Shown here piece by piece: positions 11,601 through 23,794 of a stretch of 64,000 bases of DNA. The position numbers were made by a program, and so were the translations under genes. Under the pieces are notes generated by a model. It saw only the letters and a list, made by a program, of their open reading frames with translations, did not search any database and had not been told where the DNA came from. The DNA lies in the NCBI GenBank assembly GCA_002633005.1, contig NMRA01000053.1:186001-250000 (forward strand), given 5' to 3'. Position 1 is the stretch's first letter. Every line of letters starts with the position of its first letter. The DNA is from Phoronis australis (taxonomy: Eukaryota > Animalia > Phoronida).

Positions 11601-13649
11601 GTAATATTTCTCTGCACAGCTGGACACGAGTGATCAGATATTGCTACTGAAGTCATGTTGTATGGAGATCATGTGTCTGCGGGCCGCCTGCCGTTACAGC
11701 TTGGAGGAACAAACGTTAACACTACAAAACGGACTGAAGCTGAAGAAATCTCAGATCACAGGAGGGGGTCTTGGCCTGCTCGTTGAGCCCATCTTCGAGT
11801 TTGCCCTGAGTCTTTCCAAGCTCAAACTCGACAGCACTGAAGTTGCTTTACTTGCTGCTGTACTCCTCATGCAGTCAGGTGAGATTAATTGTTACTGGTA
11901 ATTCTTCACCAGAACTAGATGTTAATTGCTCTCTTTCCCAGTCTTACAGGGGGCAGCACTGTGGGAGGATGGTACAACTTGACTTCTTTTAGGTAAACGG
12001 AATGAAGTAACATTCAGACATTTTGATCGGTTGGATGTTGAGAAATGCATCATTTACTGAGAAATGCATCATTTACTGAGAAATGCCTTTGTAGCTTGCA
12101 GCTGCTGCAACTACAAGATCAGACTTGTAGATTCAAAGAAAATAAATTAGTTTTTTTGCGGCTCACTCTAGATAAAAAGACATAAAATCAAACAACAAAA
12201 CAGTTCACTAATGTTCTTCTGGCTCAGTCCTAAACCATACGTTTACGAAAGACATCCAGATGGAGGGATGCACACTGTTGCCCAGAAGGATGTTTGCATT
12301 TCAAGCATCTTATCACAGGGTCACTCTCCTCTAGAGATAAAGCTGTGAAAGACAGTAGGTGTTAAGAAGAGCTTCAATTTTGGGTACACAGCAGGGCCCA
12401 GTTGCACAAAAGTTATACGCCGTCTAGCAACAGTGACGTCGCATTATCACGCATCACGTTGTTGCTGTTGAACAATGCACCTGACGTCATGCAACTATCA
12501 AACTTATCCAGCGGATAACTTTTGAAGCTTTATGCAACTCAGCCCTGATGTACACACAATGAGACCTTAGAAGCTGTCACAGTTAGGTTGTGCACTGTTG
12601 CAAAAACTCCTTGAAATTTAAATTCTGAGTGAAGGGATGCTCCTATTGTATTGAAAACGGGCAGCCAGTTCCATAATCTGGGTAAGAGATGTTGCAGTGC
12701 ATATTGGTCGTGTTATTATTGTTATTGTTATTAAAAGTAGTAGTAGTAGTAGTTTAGTGGTAGTATTATTGTAGCAAGAACATTCTGTTTTACAGATCGC
12801 ACTGGACTTAAAATCCCGGAGGCCGTGGAGCGGTTACAGGATGCCATCTTGGGTGCATACAAGCGGTATATCGCTGAACAGCGCCCCCACCAGCCAGTTC
12901 ATTGGGCCAAGATCCTGATGAAGGTGACGGACCTACGCACCATCAGCACACGGCATGCAGAACGCGTGCTTTGTATCAAGCTGGACTGCCCCAGTGACAT
13001 ACCACCACTGTTTTTGGAGATGTTTGATGAAACGGGTGCTGGGAAAGCCAAGGGACGTGACGGAGAGGTGGAGGCAGAAGTCAGCAACGCTGTGAAGCAG
13101 CTGAGTGGTGAAGTGAGTGGGAAAGATTCAGTGCCATATTATCGGCCACTGAGCAATGAGCGCAACACGAGCCCCGTGAGCAGTGAGAGCTCGGTGAGTT
13201 CTGCGGGCAGGATGTCTCCACCACAAAACATGGTGATGCACAATCGGCTCACTGTCCGTCGGGCTTCAGCGGCTATGATGTCTCAGGCTTTATCTGAGGT
13301 GCGCTCTACACAGCGGTTCTCCTATCCGACTAGCCCGTCCTTATACACCGATGGCATGAACACACCTACACTTCCTCTCACGCCCTCTAGTCTGATCCCA
13401 CCTCTGACTCCGACCAGCCCCATACACATACCGATGTCGCCACCGGGGTCGGTCCCTATGATGAATGGGTTGATCAGTCCGTCGGTAATGTCGCGCCGGA
13501 TGAGTGTTGGTGCCTTGGGGAACCTGCCTGTGCCCCTACCTATTAGTATGATCAGTGCTGTCAATAGCTTGCCTGTGTCGCCACCTTTTTACTCTAACAG
13601 CGTCATAGAGTCATCCAGAAAAAGTCCAAATGCCCCTAAGAGTAACTGA
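5488..13649 (+). CDS. THR: Thyroid hormone receptor orthologue (NR1A), spliced, 5'-partial: exons 5488-5603, 6232-6373, 8549-8754, 9691-9819, 11620-11878, 12796-13649 (plus candidate 3719-3772)
   Basis: All introns are GT-AG and the phases join (116+142+206+129+259+854 nt). The translation gives TR signatures: [29 protein letters not shown]|[21 protein letters not shown], hinge [53 protein letters not shown] and AF-2 PPLFLEMF. Confidence 0.95.
5686..5896. repeat. Small inverted-repeat element with internal ~75-bp tandem duplication
   Basis: aatcaaagaaattaaacctgttcagctggact ... agtccagctgaacagaggtttaatttatttgatt; direct copies at ~5716-5787 and ~5791-5861. Confidence 0.75.
6232..6373 (+). CDS. 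THR: THR exon: second zinc finger
   Basis: ttgtag|[47 protein letters not shown]|gtgagt. Confidence 0.95.
6600..7940 (+). mobile_element. Degenerate Helentron/DINE-like element with ~146-bp subunits (with an unrelated internal segment)
   Basis: Shares ggattttcatgaaatttggc and ccccctagtggc-type subunits with 10196-11550, and the 3' motif gaagcata..cgtttg..cgtgggtgcattt with 13846-14715; boundaries approximate. Confidence 0.6.
8172..8405 (-). mobile_element. tRNA-derived SINE
   Basis: Minus strand reads cagtgTGGCTCAGTGGttaaagctgcagact...GGATTCAAATCC (A and B boxes), then a non-tRNA body and an aataataa tail; no closed acceptor stem. Confidence 0.7.
8549..8754 (+). CDS. THR: THR exon: T/A box hinge and helix 1
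   Basis: tttcag|(L)[22 protein letters not shown]...IPKTYTL|gtgagt. Confidence 0.93.
9691..9819 (+). CDS. THR: THR exon: LBD helix 3
   Basis: ttgtag|[43 protein letters not shown]|gtaagt. Confidence 0.92.
10196..11550 (+). mobile_element. Helentron/DINE-1-like non-autonomous element with tandem ~146-bp subunits (438-bp higher-order repeat)
   Basis: Starts in a T run, followed by a 5' hairpin ATGCGCCCACATAT-tt-ATATGTGGACGCAT, a ccgtcc/cgtccg micro-repeat and then A-B-C-A-B-C'-A-B subunits; 3' boundary approximate. Confidence 0.72.
11620..11878 (+). CDS. THR: THR exon: LBD helices 4-8
   Basis: gcacag|[26 protein letters not shown]...[16 protein letters not shown]|gtgaga. Confidence 0.95.
12039..12086. 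repeat. 19-bp tandem repeat, ~2.5 copies
   Basis: tgagaaatgcatcatttac. Confidence 0.85.
12392..12547. mobile_element. Short MITE
   Basis: TIR cagggcccagttgcacaaa / tttatgcaactcagccctg; TSD unclear. Confidence 0.6.
12796..13649 (+). CDS. THR: THR last coding exon: LBD helices 9-12 plus long C-terminal extension
   Basis: ttacag|(D)[15 protein letters not shown]...[22 protein letters not shown]...[10 protein letters not shown], then open to TGA at 13647-13649. Confidence 0.88.
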
Positions 13650-13845
13650 ACCGAAAGTTTTTATGACCACGCATCTTATCCCGCAACTTGTTCATGAAGA
13701 ATCAAGAATGGTTTTAGTATTTTGGGAGGGGTGATCATAGATTTTGCGTATTTGTTTGGGTTATTGCCCAGCTGCATAGAACATCTAAATTGAAAAAAAA
13801 AACACATTTATCAGGCTTCAATGCCACCAGGGAGATTGAAAAACA

Positions 13846-14715
13846 TTTTTATGCGCCCACATACACATGTGGGTGCATACTGCCTCGTCTTTGTTTCTGT
13901 TGTTCCAAACTCCTTGTAGAACAGCCATTTCTGTCAAGCTGATGACAGATCACAACTAATTTAGGACTGATCCGACTACCACTGTGCCCCCTACTGGGAT
14001 TTTATTTTTGATGTTAGCCTCTGTATCTTCACTGTCTTCGGAGTTCCTCAATGGATTTTCATGAACTTTGGCAAGTTGGTTGCTATTAAGGAAAATAACC
14101 TCGCCTTCCTATTTTCAGACGCATTTGACATTTGCTGTACCATCTTACGGACATTTTAAAAATGTCTGAATCTGTTTTTGACATCTGCTCTATCCACCAA
14201 ACAACTGGAAGCATCATAGTGAAAATTGGCAGATGTGTTTCAGATGAGAAGGGTGTTGTTGACATAGTTTTTCCGATTCAACTACTTTGGCACCCACTAG
14301 TGGCAATTTTGGTATCTCTTTAACCCTTTGTAGGATCTTTGAGAAATTTGGCATTTTTTTCCTTATGGAGCTGACAATGCGTGGTAACAAGTTGGAGATG
14401 AATCCGACTACCGTTGTGCCCCCTAGAGGCAGTTTTAATTTTATAACTAACATCTGCCTTAAGTTTGTACATTGGATTTTTGTGAAATTTGGCAAGTAGG
14501 TTTCTATTAGGAGATGGCGAAGCTTTTTTGGATGTATTCACTGTATTTTTAAGCCACCTAGTGGCCATGTCTTAACTTTTCGGGTCCATTATTTGGCTTC
14601 GTATTTTCAGACGGGTTCAACGTATTCTGAGTCATTTAATGGCCATTTTATGATGCTAATTAACCTCCCTAGAAGCATATCGTTTGCCATGCAGGTCGTG
14701 GGCGCATTTCAATGC
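13846..14715 (+). mobile_element. Helentron/DINE-like element, same family as 10196-11550, ~200 bp after the THR stop codon
   Basis: tttttATGCGCCCACATacacATGTGGGTGCAT 5' hairpin, homologous subunits, and 3' gtgggcgcattt inverted to the 5' motif. Confidence 0.72.
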
Positions 14716-17105
14716 ACCACAAATTGGAGGTGATCATATCAGGAAACATGGTTCATTTAAAAGTAAAGGTTATAGGAAAATCTGAGGATGGGGATTTTGC
14801 CAAAGGTGGGCAGTTACTCTAATGAATACAGTACGTGACATTGTTTTTCAATGCTCGCATGTTTGACCTCCCTATTTCAGCTCAATAGAAATTTGCTCTC
14901 CCCTCTCTCTTCACCTGCTGGTATTTTCATAGCCTCAAATTAACCCATGAATGCGCCAGGATAATCCTATGATAACAGGCTTAAACAAGAGTTAATAACA
15001 CTAAACGAGGCTGGCAATGGATTGAGAACGAAATAGCGCATGGCGTGTTATGCCTGCTAGGCCTAAGCCATGGTTTTTGACAGTTTCTTATGGCATTTTT
15101 TTGCGGTTATGATGGAAGTTAGCACACGTACTGATAAGAAACACCTCTGCACATAAATTTGAGGCTACGAAAATAGCTGAGGTGGTGTTCAGAATTACCT
15201 CAAGTGTGTGATTATTGCTCCTTTGTACACTTCTGTTAACTTAAAAGATCGAATATAGAGAAGAGGCAGTTAAGTGCAATGCTCATAGTCTGTTAGACAA
15301 CACATTATTTGAACGAAAGTCTCCTAAGTGACAGTCCACTGTTTTGCCAGGCTGTTCATGGCCTGAGTACCCAAGCTTACAGTAGACTAAAGTGCTTTGC
15401 AGTTAACTACTCTGCAAATACCCTTCAAGTGCTGATTTTTTATTCTTCCTTTTACTTGTATTTTTTTCATTTCGTCTCTAACTGGCAAGTGTTGCTACAT
15501 TTCTCATCCAGAACATGTTTTGTGAGAATCACTCCAAATTTGTGCTGCAAGAGACTACAGTTAGAAAAACAAACAAACTGAGACTTCTTGTCTTAATTCA
15601 GCCAGTGCTAATCAGTGTTGGATGCAGTTTTGCACACCCTCTTTAAAGTGCCATAAGAATTACACCTCGAGAGATATCATTGTAAAATAGAAACACGTGA
15701 AAAGTGAATATTTATTTTGTGAGCGTTTCCTGACCTACCAAGTAGGCAGAAAATTTGTCCGATTTTTCATCATTGTCCGAGACAATTTCTAACACTGCTT
15801 TTTGTGGAAGTGACTTATGTGGTTTTTGATGGTTTGACTACAGCACAATATGCTGTTCTTTTCCATTACAACAGCATTTTCAAACTGAAAGTTTGAAGAG
15901 TCTGTATTTAGGGGATTTTTGTGTGTGTTAGTGCACAATATTTGTTATATCTGCAGAGTAGTTAGTGGAATTAAAAACCGTGTGACTAGATTTGTTTATT
16001 AAAACAAATTAGAAACTTCATGTCTAGGAATTTTTTGTCCACTTGGTGAGGGTTTCTTTCATAACTTGGATTTATTGATTAATAGAATCGCTAGTAAGTT
16101 AAGTTTTCACATTTGTTCAGTTGCACAGAAGAGTTTACCTTCACTACTGCGTTGGAGATGTTTTGCCAGTTATTGTAAATAGTTGTAGTGTGTTAGCGTA
16201 TAAGGAATAACATTAATATGTGTACCGGTGATCTTAATTTTGTATTGTTGTATTGTTAAGTGTTTTCAAGCCACTCTTTCTTATCACACAATTGACAAAG
16301 TGTCGCCCGGTGACAGTTGTTCATGCTGTTGATGAATTTTTTTAACTGTTTTGATATCTGCATAGTTTTATGTATACCTCGTGTTATTGTTAACAATCAC
16401 TGTGCTGCTAAGTCCATTTGTAACATGCAATTGCAAATATGGTCATTCAGAAATCTGGTGACATTCTAGTTAAATCCCGGTGATGTTTTTGTTAAGTGCT
16501 GCTTGACAATTGTTTTGACTTGCTTTTCATCATGCTAGTGCATGTGGTATCGTTGTTGGACTTAGCTCTAAATGTGCTTCTTAAAAATCATGTTTTAATC
16601 TGCTTGACACAATAGCCTCTGCAATGGGCTCCGATATTTCTCTAGAAACTAGTTCATGCTAAATTTTAGATCTATGTCGTCCACAAGTGTATAATGTTGA
16701 TAGTTTAGTGATAACACCCCAGATATGTATGGCTCCTTGTATTTACTTTAATGCACTATAATTATTCAGATATATTTACGTTTAGGATTACTGGTTGTTT
16801 GTTCATATACAAAGGCTGCCTTGGTGTGTCTGCTTCAAGCTTAACACTACGCAACCAACTTACCTCATTGAAGTATATTCTGTAATGTTAGTGATTTTGC
16901 TCACGTTAGTGATCATCTTGATCGCCGCGCAATGATCTCTCATATGAAGGGTTATTAGTCCCGCTGACTAAATGCAATTGGGCTAATCAGTGATTGTTGG
17001 TGTATATGTATGTTAGGCATATATTCAGTCTGCACTTTAAACCCGAAAAGCTCTAAGAAAAAGCTCAACTGAGATCACTCCACGGTAGCTTAAGAACTTG
17101 TCACT

Positions 17106-17108
<3 letters not shown>

Positions 17109-17148
<40 letters not shown>

Positions 17149-17154
17149 TGTGTG
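17109..17154. repeat. (TG)n microsatellite
   Basis: Direct reading of the sequence. Confidence 0.95.
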
Positions 17155-20151
17155 TATTTGTATGTAGGTGTGTGGATGTGTTAATTAGACCTTAAAGTGT
17201 TGTTGAAAGCCAACCCTTCACGCAGATGTTATGAATAATCCTACATTGATGAGTTGCCAAAACACTGAAATTTACATATGCTACTATGATCGTTGTTATC
17301 AAAAGCAGCTGGTATGTCTACAAATGTAGTACTCAATTTTGGTTATCAAATTTCTTTCGTAGGCTGTACAATTAGCTGCATGTCAGAAACCTCTGGTGAA
17401 TCCGACATGCTCATTTGCTTAATTGATCTTGGCTCTTGTATTTCATTTTGTGTTCGGTTGAAGACTTATGAACTGCCAACCTGGCAGTGACGCAGTTTGT
17501 AATTATAGTTGTACGTGTACTGACCAAAGCTGCTATGGAACATAAGGTCAATTTTTATTAAGAAAACGTGCCGTTATAAAACTGGTCACAATTTGTTTCT
17601 AAGGTTAGATGGAAAGAAATCCGAGTTCACTATTTCTTGAGGCTATCCTGATTACATAAATTGACAAATCGAATTATCAATGTGTCCAGATTACCTCTAA
17701 TTTGAGTAAGGAGCATGTTGATACCTTTTTATTATGGTTAATGGTCAAAATTGAGTTGATTTTTTGATAGAATGTTTTTATAGCAATTCATTGTGCACCA
17801 ATAGGTGATCGGTAGATATATAGTTTCAATAATTCTCTGAAAATGGTGATGTGCTCGTGTTTGTTGTAATTGAAAATTATGTGCCATTGTAAAAAGTTTT
17901 TGCGTGTTGATATTTTTTCAAAATGCTGTTCACTAAGTCAGTGCTATCACATTTTAGATGTGACTTGGGGTTTTTCTGCCATATTATTCAAATTGTGAGG
18001 TCATGTGTTGTGTCGCTGGTGTCATTTTGTTCTGGGTGAAGCAATTGTTTTAGTCATCAAGATGAAATAGTATCCTGTAGTGATATCTTGTTACCTGATT
18101 CCGAGAAATTAAAGATCAGTTTACCATTATTTTTGGAAGTCTGTTTGAAGCCAACTACTGCCAACTTGAAAAGTGATGAAAATGTAAAGTGATGAAAATG
18201 TATGCAAGCCAAGATTGTAAAACAATGTGTTGCGCCCGTCCTTGTTCTGAAATTGATACGGTTGCACTCCATGCTGTCAGTAAAGTTCAGTACGCCACCA
18301 GATACAGGTTATTGCTGAATTTGTCTTGAAACAATTTTGAATAGATTTTAAAAGACATTTTTGAAACCTATATGATAATAAAAATGTCCCGTTTGGTATT
18401 CCGATAGTAAATGGCACAAGTTCACATTACATAATAATGTCTCTCTGACATTTGATTTTCTATTACCAAATATAGTTTGGTCATGTAATCCATTCACACT
18501 CTGTACAATATATAGCTTTTAATCCATTTTAACACATACCTCATAAATTGGTCTCTTTTAGTTTCAAATAATCACCTGCAATCTTCTCAAAAGTCTATTT
18601 ATATTGAGTTTGTTGGCCCCCTATACAGACTCTCAAAAATAGTGATACTGTCAGAATGGAGGTTGGTTTTGCATTTTTACTTTAAAATTTAAGCTACGCA
18701 CCATTTGGTATTGAATGCCATCAATGCTAGTTGGGATTTTTAATCTGAAACTTCGAACAGATGTTACCAAGTTTCTTTTGAACAATTGCAGGGTTTGTGG
18801 TATATAATGTTAATTTGAGCAGGTTTTTGAAATCTGGTCATGCATATAATGCTCTTTCGTATACTATTATTTGGGTCTTAGACTATGTTGTGGCTAAATT
18901 CTTCAGTGGGAACACTATTCACAATTGTGAACTGTACACAAGTTACTTGATATGGTTAGTTTTACACACAATGATCTATCATCTGTGAAGTTAAAGAATA
19001 CTTGTAATATAAAAATCCATGGTTTTACACTTCACACAACCACTGCAGAAAAAATGATGAAAAATCACTTAAGCAAAAGGACAAGGTCGTTGAGAATATT
19101 CCAATAACTGCTTGGTACCGACGTAATTTTTAAAAAATTATATCAAAACTGTACTATTAATTCCACGTCTAAGCATTTATTCGAAAATTGTGAAATGGGA
19201 GCGCAAGACTAAATTTCTGACGCGAGTCTCATGTCACATTTTGTGAAGGCCCCAGTGTAGCTTCCATTAGTTGTCTTTATTTGTACAACTGTATGGTTAA
19301 TCAGTGATTATACTAAGAATGTGTGTGTTTGTATGTTAGTGTGTGCACGTATGTTTGTATGTATGTCTGTTGTTATGATGTGTAGACTAGATGCATCCAA
19401 GATGCTTCCCAACGTCCCAGGACAATGGTATCAGTAGTGAATTGCGGGTGGTTTTCGTTAGTATAACATGTAATGCAATGCTTTTTGGTAGTTGTGCTCA
19501 GTAAGAGAGGATTTGTGCAGCCAGAAGAATGATTCTGGGCTACAAAACAGAATTTTTGGATGGGATTTTGGGTATTGGTGTCAACATTTATGGTATATGT
19601 ATAGTTGGTCTTGTTGAAAAATTCCTAAAATTCTGAAATAGCAGCCATTTCTGTAAAGTTTGTACGTTTCCAGTATGAAAATTTGTCTTAAAGGAGATGA
19701 CACACCTTTTTACCGGTTTTCAGTCCAAAATCAGTGGATCTTATCTGTCACGTGCACAAATTGCAAGGAAATGATGTAGTTTTTGTCCCATTGCTAAGGT
19801 CTTATGAATTGTAAGCACCGACTTCAGTTACACCGTAGTATATAACACAATGCTTTGTTACCATCTTGAGTGAAGTCGAGGGCTTTTGGCCAGTTCTTTT
19901 TGCTGTTTATGCAACCATATTTATCAACGTAGGCTTGTAATCCGTGTTTATTGCTTCTAGAATAAAAAATGCTTGAAAATATTCTTGTTTCGCTTTTTAT
20001 CATGTGCCATTTGAAAATCAATGCAGCTATATCTCATTAAGTTAACCCTGTATACTGCATCTCCTGTTAACGGGATGAATAAGTAGAGATGATTAGTGCA
20101 TTACATCACATCATACCTGTCCCTGCCTAGAACAGCTAATTTCAGGTAATG

Positions 20152-20390
20152 CATGCGCATACCCAGCCTTTAATATGGGGGAGGGCTTGAATTCCTGACA
20201 ATGAGGACCTTTTACCCACAAAAAAAGCCGAAGGACTAAAGAAAAAAAACGGGTACCACATCCAGAGCTGTGAATTGTGCGTTTGCGCCTTTTTAGTGGA
20301 CTTTTGTTTCTCTGGGGCGGGCCTTTTTGTCCACTTCGCTAAATGAGGGGCTCATTTGAGCCCCACGAGACCCCCCTGGGTACGCGCATG
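20152..20390. mobile_element. MITE with CATG termini (P- or hAT-like)
   Basis: TIR CATGCGCATACCCAG / CTGGGTACGCGCATG; flanks ggtaatg / ggtaata (7-bp TSD with 1 mismatch). Confidence 0.7.
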
Positions 20391-20415
20391 GGTAATATAT
20401 AACCTGGTGACCTTA

Positions 20416-20904
20416 AGGGCCTTTCATACTAGCGTCGATGGTTTGGGGAGTTGCGGTCAATAAAACGCTCAACTCCGGTTCTGAATCGCAGTTAACAGCT
20501 CCAGTTAACATCGCAGTTAACAGGTGGATTTATAGCGCAGCGTCGACGCTGCAATGCAGTATGAACGGTTAACTTCGGTTCAATCAAGTTATCGTCAGGT
20601 GCCACTGTAATCGTCAACAGTTACAGGGTATTGCCGTCACTATTAGCTGCTTATATTTTGCTTTAATAATAACCAACTGATTTAAAAATAAGTTTCATGA
20701 CATTTAGCACATGTAAATTTTCCCAAATTGTCACATTGAAAAAAATCTTAGTGTGCAGCGCTACCTTACGATAACTTTGATGACGACAGCGTCACCAATC
20801 GTTTATTTCGATGTTCATTAACTACCGAAGCCAGTATGAATGGTCCAGTTAACTGCGCTGTTTACGTCAACGCTGACCTGAGTTAAGTCAATATGAAAGG
20901 CCCT
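20416..20904. mobile_element. PIF/Harbinger (Tourist-like) MITE
   Basis: TIR AGGGCCTTTCATA / TATGAAAGGCCCT with TTA TSD (20413-20415, 20905-20907). Confidence 0.8.
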
Positions 20905-23762
20905 TTAGAGTCCCAAAACCACATTCTGGATAAGAAACTGCTATAGACACACACATGAAACTGTCAAAACGCGGCCCAGTGAACATTGTTTATGACATTC
21001 GTTCGTTCATAATGCTCTATTGCTTAAGTCCCGTTTTTTTATAACGCCTTTTCTACAAACATGGATATAGCGTTCACACGGTTATAGTGTGTGCCACTTT
21101 CAATCTCACACTTATTTCACTAGCTTAATTAATAGTGAAAAATCAGTCAAGCCTAAACTTGATCATGCACAAACTCCTCAATTTAAATTGGTGAACAACA
21201 CATGACACACAGGCATGTAATTTGTTGCATGCGTTTTGGGCTCGCAGCTGGACAGCCTTACGTAGTGAAAAAATGGCAGGTGAACAGAAGCAGATCAGCT
21301 TGTTTATATTTTGTGATTTATTTTCTCAAAAGTTTTTTTGTTTACAGCAAACCTCATAATTAATATATTTGGTAAGTCCCAGCAGGTTTGTTGTAATGAG
21401 GTTTGTCTATATCACACTTGAGAAGTCAGGAGTGGTGCAGCACTGAAATAAGTGGGGGGACTAGCCCCCTATGGTGCGCCACCCATGCAAGTGGCTTTAA
21501 ACTTGCCTTCCTTCGCGAAAAAAAAAATTGACTTGCAAAACTGACCGTTGAGAAATTGGTCACAAATTGTTCCTTAGTCAAAGCTGAGGGGACTTCAAGG
21601 CTTCAAAAGAACTGACAAATCTTTGTTGCTCGAGACCTAGCTCTGAAAGTTGGCTTGTCGTGGCATGTCGTCTTATGCACCGAGCGTGGTCTCCAGGAAT
21701 AACGATCTTTCACCTCTTTACAAACCTAGAAATCACTTCTCATATGAGCACAGAACAACTTAAACTGAGTTTATTCAGGTAAGTAGACTAAATCAAAGGT
21801 TAGATTCTTTGATGAAATGTGATTTTTTATACATAGCCACTAAGAAAGAACACGATTATGAAAGAGACTGTGGTGCATAAAAGCAAGCGCCATTACAAAC
21901 AAAGGAATACCCTATTAGTTAAAGAGGCAACTAAACCTGCGTTGAGCCAAAGAAACTTAAATTTTGATTTAGGCCACTTACTCCTATAAAATTGATGTCT
22001 GCATGTTCTAATGAGAAATGATTTTTGGTTTTCCAAAGAACTGAAAATTTATTCCTAAGTGACCATGCTGTGTGAATAAAATGACATACTGTGTTAAGCA
22101 AACATATAGAGCCTGGTCTCTATAGCAACAAGAACTGTCAGTTTTTTACAAGTCCAGTTCACACCCAATTTCACTAAGGAACAATTTCGAGACCAATGCC
22201 ATAATAGTAAGTGGTCTTTATAAAAAATATGATGGGAGGTGGCCCGGGTTTATAACCACTTTTTAAAACCTCAATCCTGTGACTTGGACAAAGGTGAAGG
22301 TCAAACTAGAAATACGAGACTTTTAAATGAAACATGGTGATTTTCGAATGTTATCAATTTCCTAAAAATGTCGGCATTATTTGTTAAAGACTACCGTAAC
22401 GTAAATCAGGCCTTTAAGCCTAAATGTGTCAAATATCAAAGAATTGAAGTATGTGTACACTAGATTAATTAGTGAGGTAGAATGCGTAATAGATATAATA
22501 GGGAAGTCAGAGTGAACATTCTAATGATGTTTTGCCAGGCCCAGCGGGGGAATCTGAGTAACAACACTGACTGAAGTACTCTTCAGTCTTATCCCTCAAG
22601 CTCACTTTCTCTGGCACAATGAACCTGAGATTCATGTGAGACATTCAAAGAAACAACATCCATGACAGCCTAATCACCGCCCCAACAGGCAGAATGACGT
22701 GTAAATGATACTTGATGACTATCAGACTCAATGACCTGAGTGACAGTTTGACATGGTAGTACACAGCAGGACTCTTATGGCACTTAAAAGGGCCATTTCC
22801 CTGCTAAGTTGTCAATAGTGAATTCTAAACCAAAACCCTTTGGGGTTTAGGAACATTATCCCACTCATCCAGTCCTGAATTGTTGCCAAATGGTCCAGCA
22901 ACTCAAGTCATAGGTAATGTGCATAGACTTTTCCAATTCGGGTTGGCAAAGCCCAAGCTTTGAAGCATTTTCTTGATTCCACAGATGATTTTGATATTCT
23001 TGTTGGTAACAGAAATCAAGTCCTATCCTGGTACAGAATAGTAGACACGATTTTATGGTCTAAAATGGCTTAACACATTTTTCATTTTAGGAAGCGTTAT
23101 GTGGGACCCTAACATAAAAAACGTCCAATTTTGTCCAACTTCGGAACATCGTATCTCAGAAATGGATGATCGAATTCACATGAAACTTTCAGATACTATG
23201 CTTTATATAATTTTCTCCGAAACGCTGCTAGTTGTTTTTTAAAACGTTCCCTATTTGCTAAGGGGCTATTAAGAAATAGGATTCGTATGATTTTTATGGA
23301 AATATGTTAAAGTTTCATAAAGTGAAAACGAAAGAATAATTTAGATAACTGTCACAGTATTTTTGATATATTATCTTGAAAATTTATCTCATACAAAATT
23401 TGGTCATGTTATTGATCTTGTTGTTTTGGTATGAATGTACCTTTCTTTTTGCTAAACGCTCCTAAAGAACGAGGTCATGTGACCTAATTAGTGGCAGCTT
23501 GGTATAAAGTCAGATATCAAATTCTACGGAACTTCTAATTTCAAAAAATACGATACATTTTTGCCGAGTTAAATTCTATAGGTTTGTAGATACTTGGCTA
23601 AATGTAGAAACTTGTTGATAATGTCTTACAAACCTTAATACTTAAGAAATGTGGTTTCACCTGGAGGTCATAGATGCTGATATAAAACACTTAACATAGA
23701 AGGATGCTAACCTGCTCCCAACTATTCCAAGTTACCGTATCGACTAACCAACAGTAACTTTA

Positions 23763-23794
23763 CCTAACCTAACCTAACCTAACCTAACCTAACC
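23763..23794. repeat. (CCTAA)6 = (TTAGG)n pentanucleotide repeat
   Basis: Direct reading of the sequence. Confidence 0.9.

Noticed and set aside
5087-11962. Isolated CTCF-like motifs outside the repeats (~5089-5105 and ~11946-11960)
   Set aside because: They are single partial matches that cannot be told from chance without a PWM scan.
6695-14568. Several mutually similar short ORFs (for example [15 protein letters not shown])
   Set aside because: They are translations of the non-coding ~146-bp repeat subunits, not a protein family.
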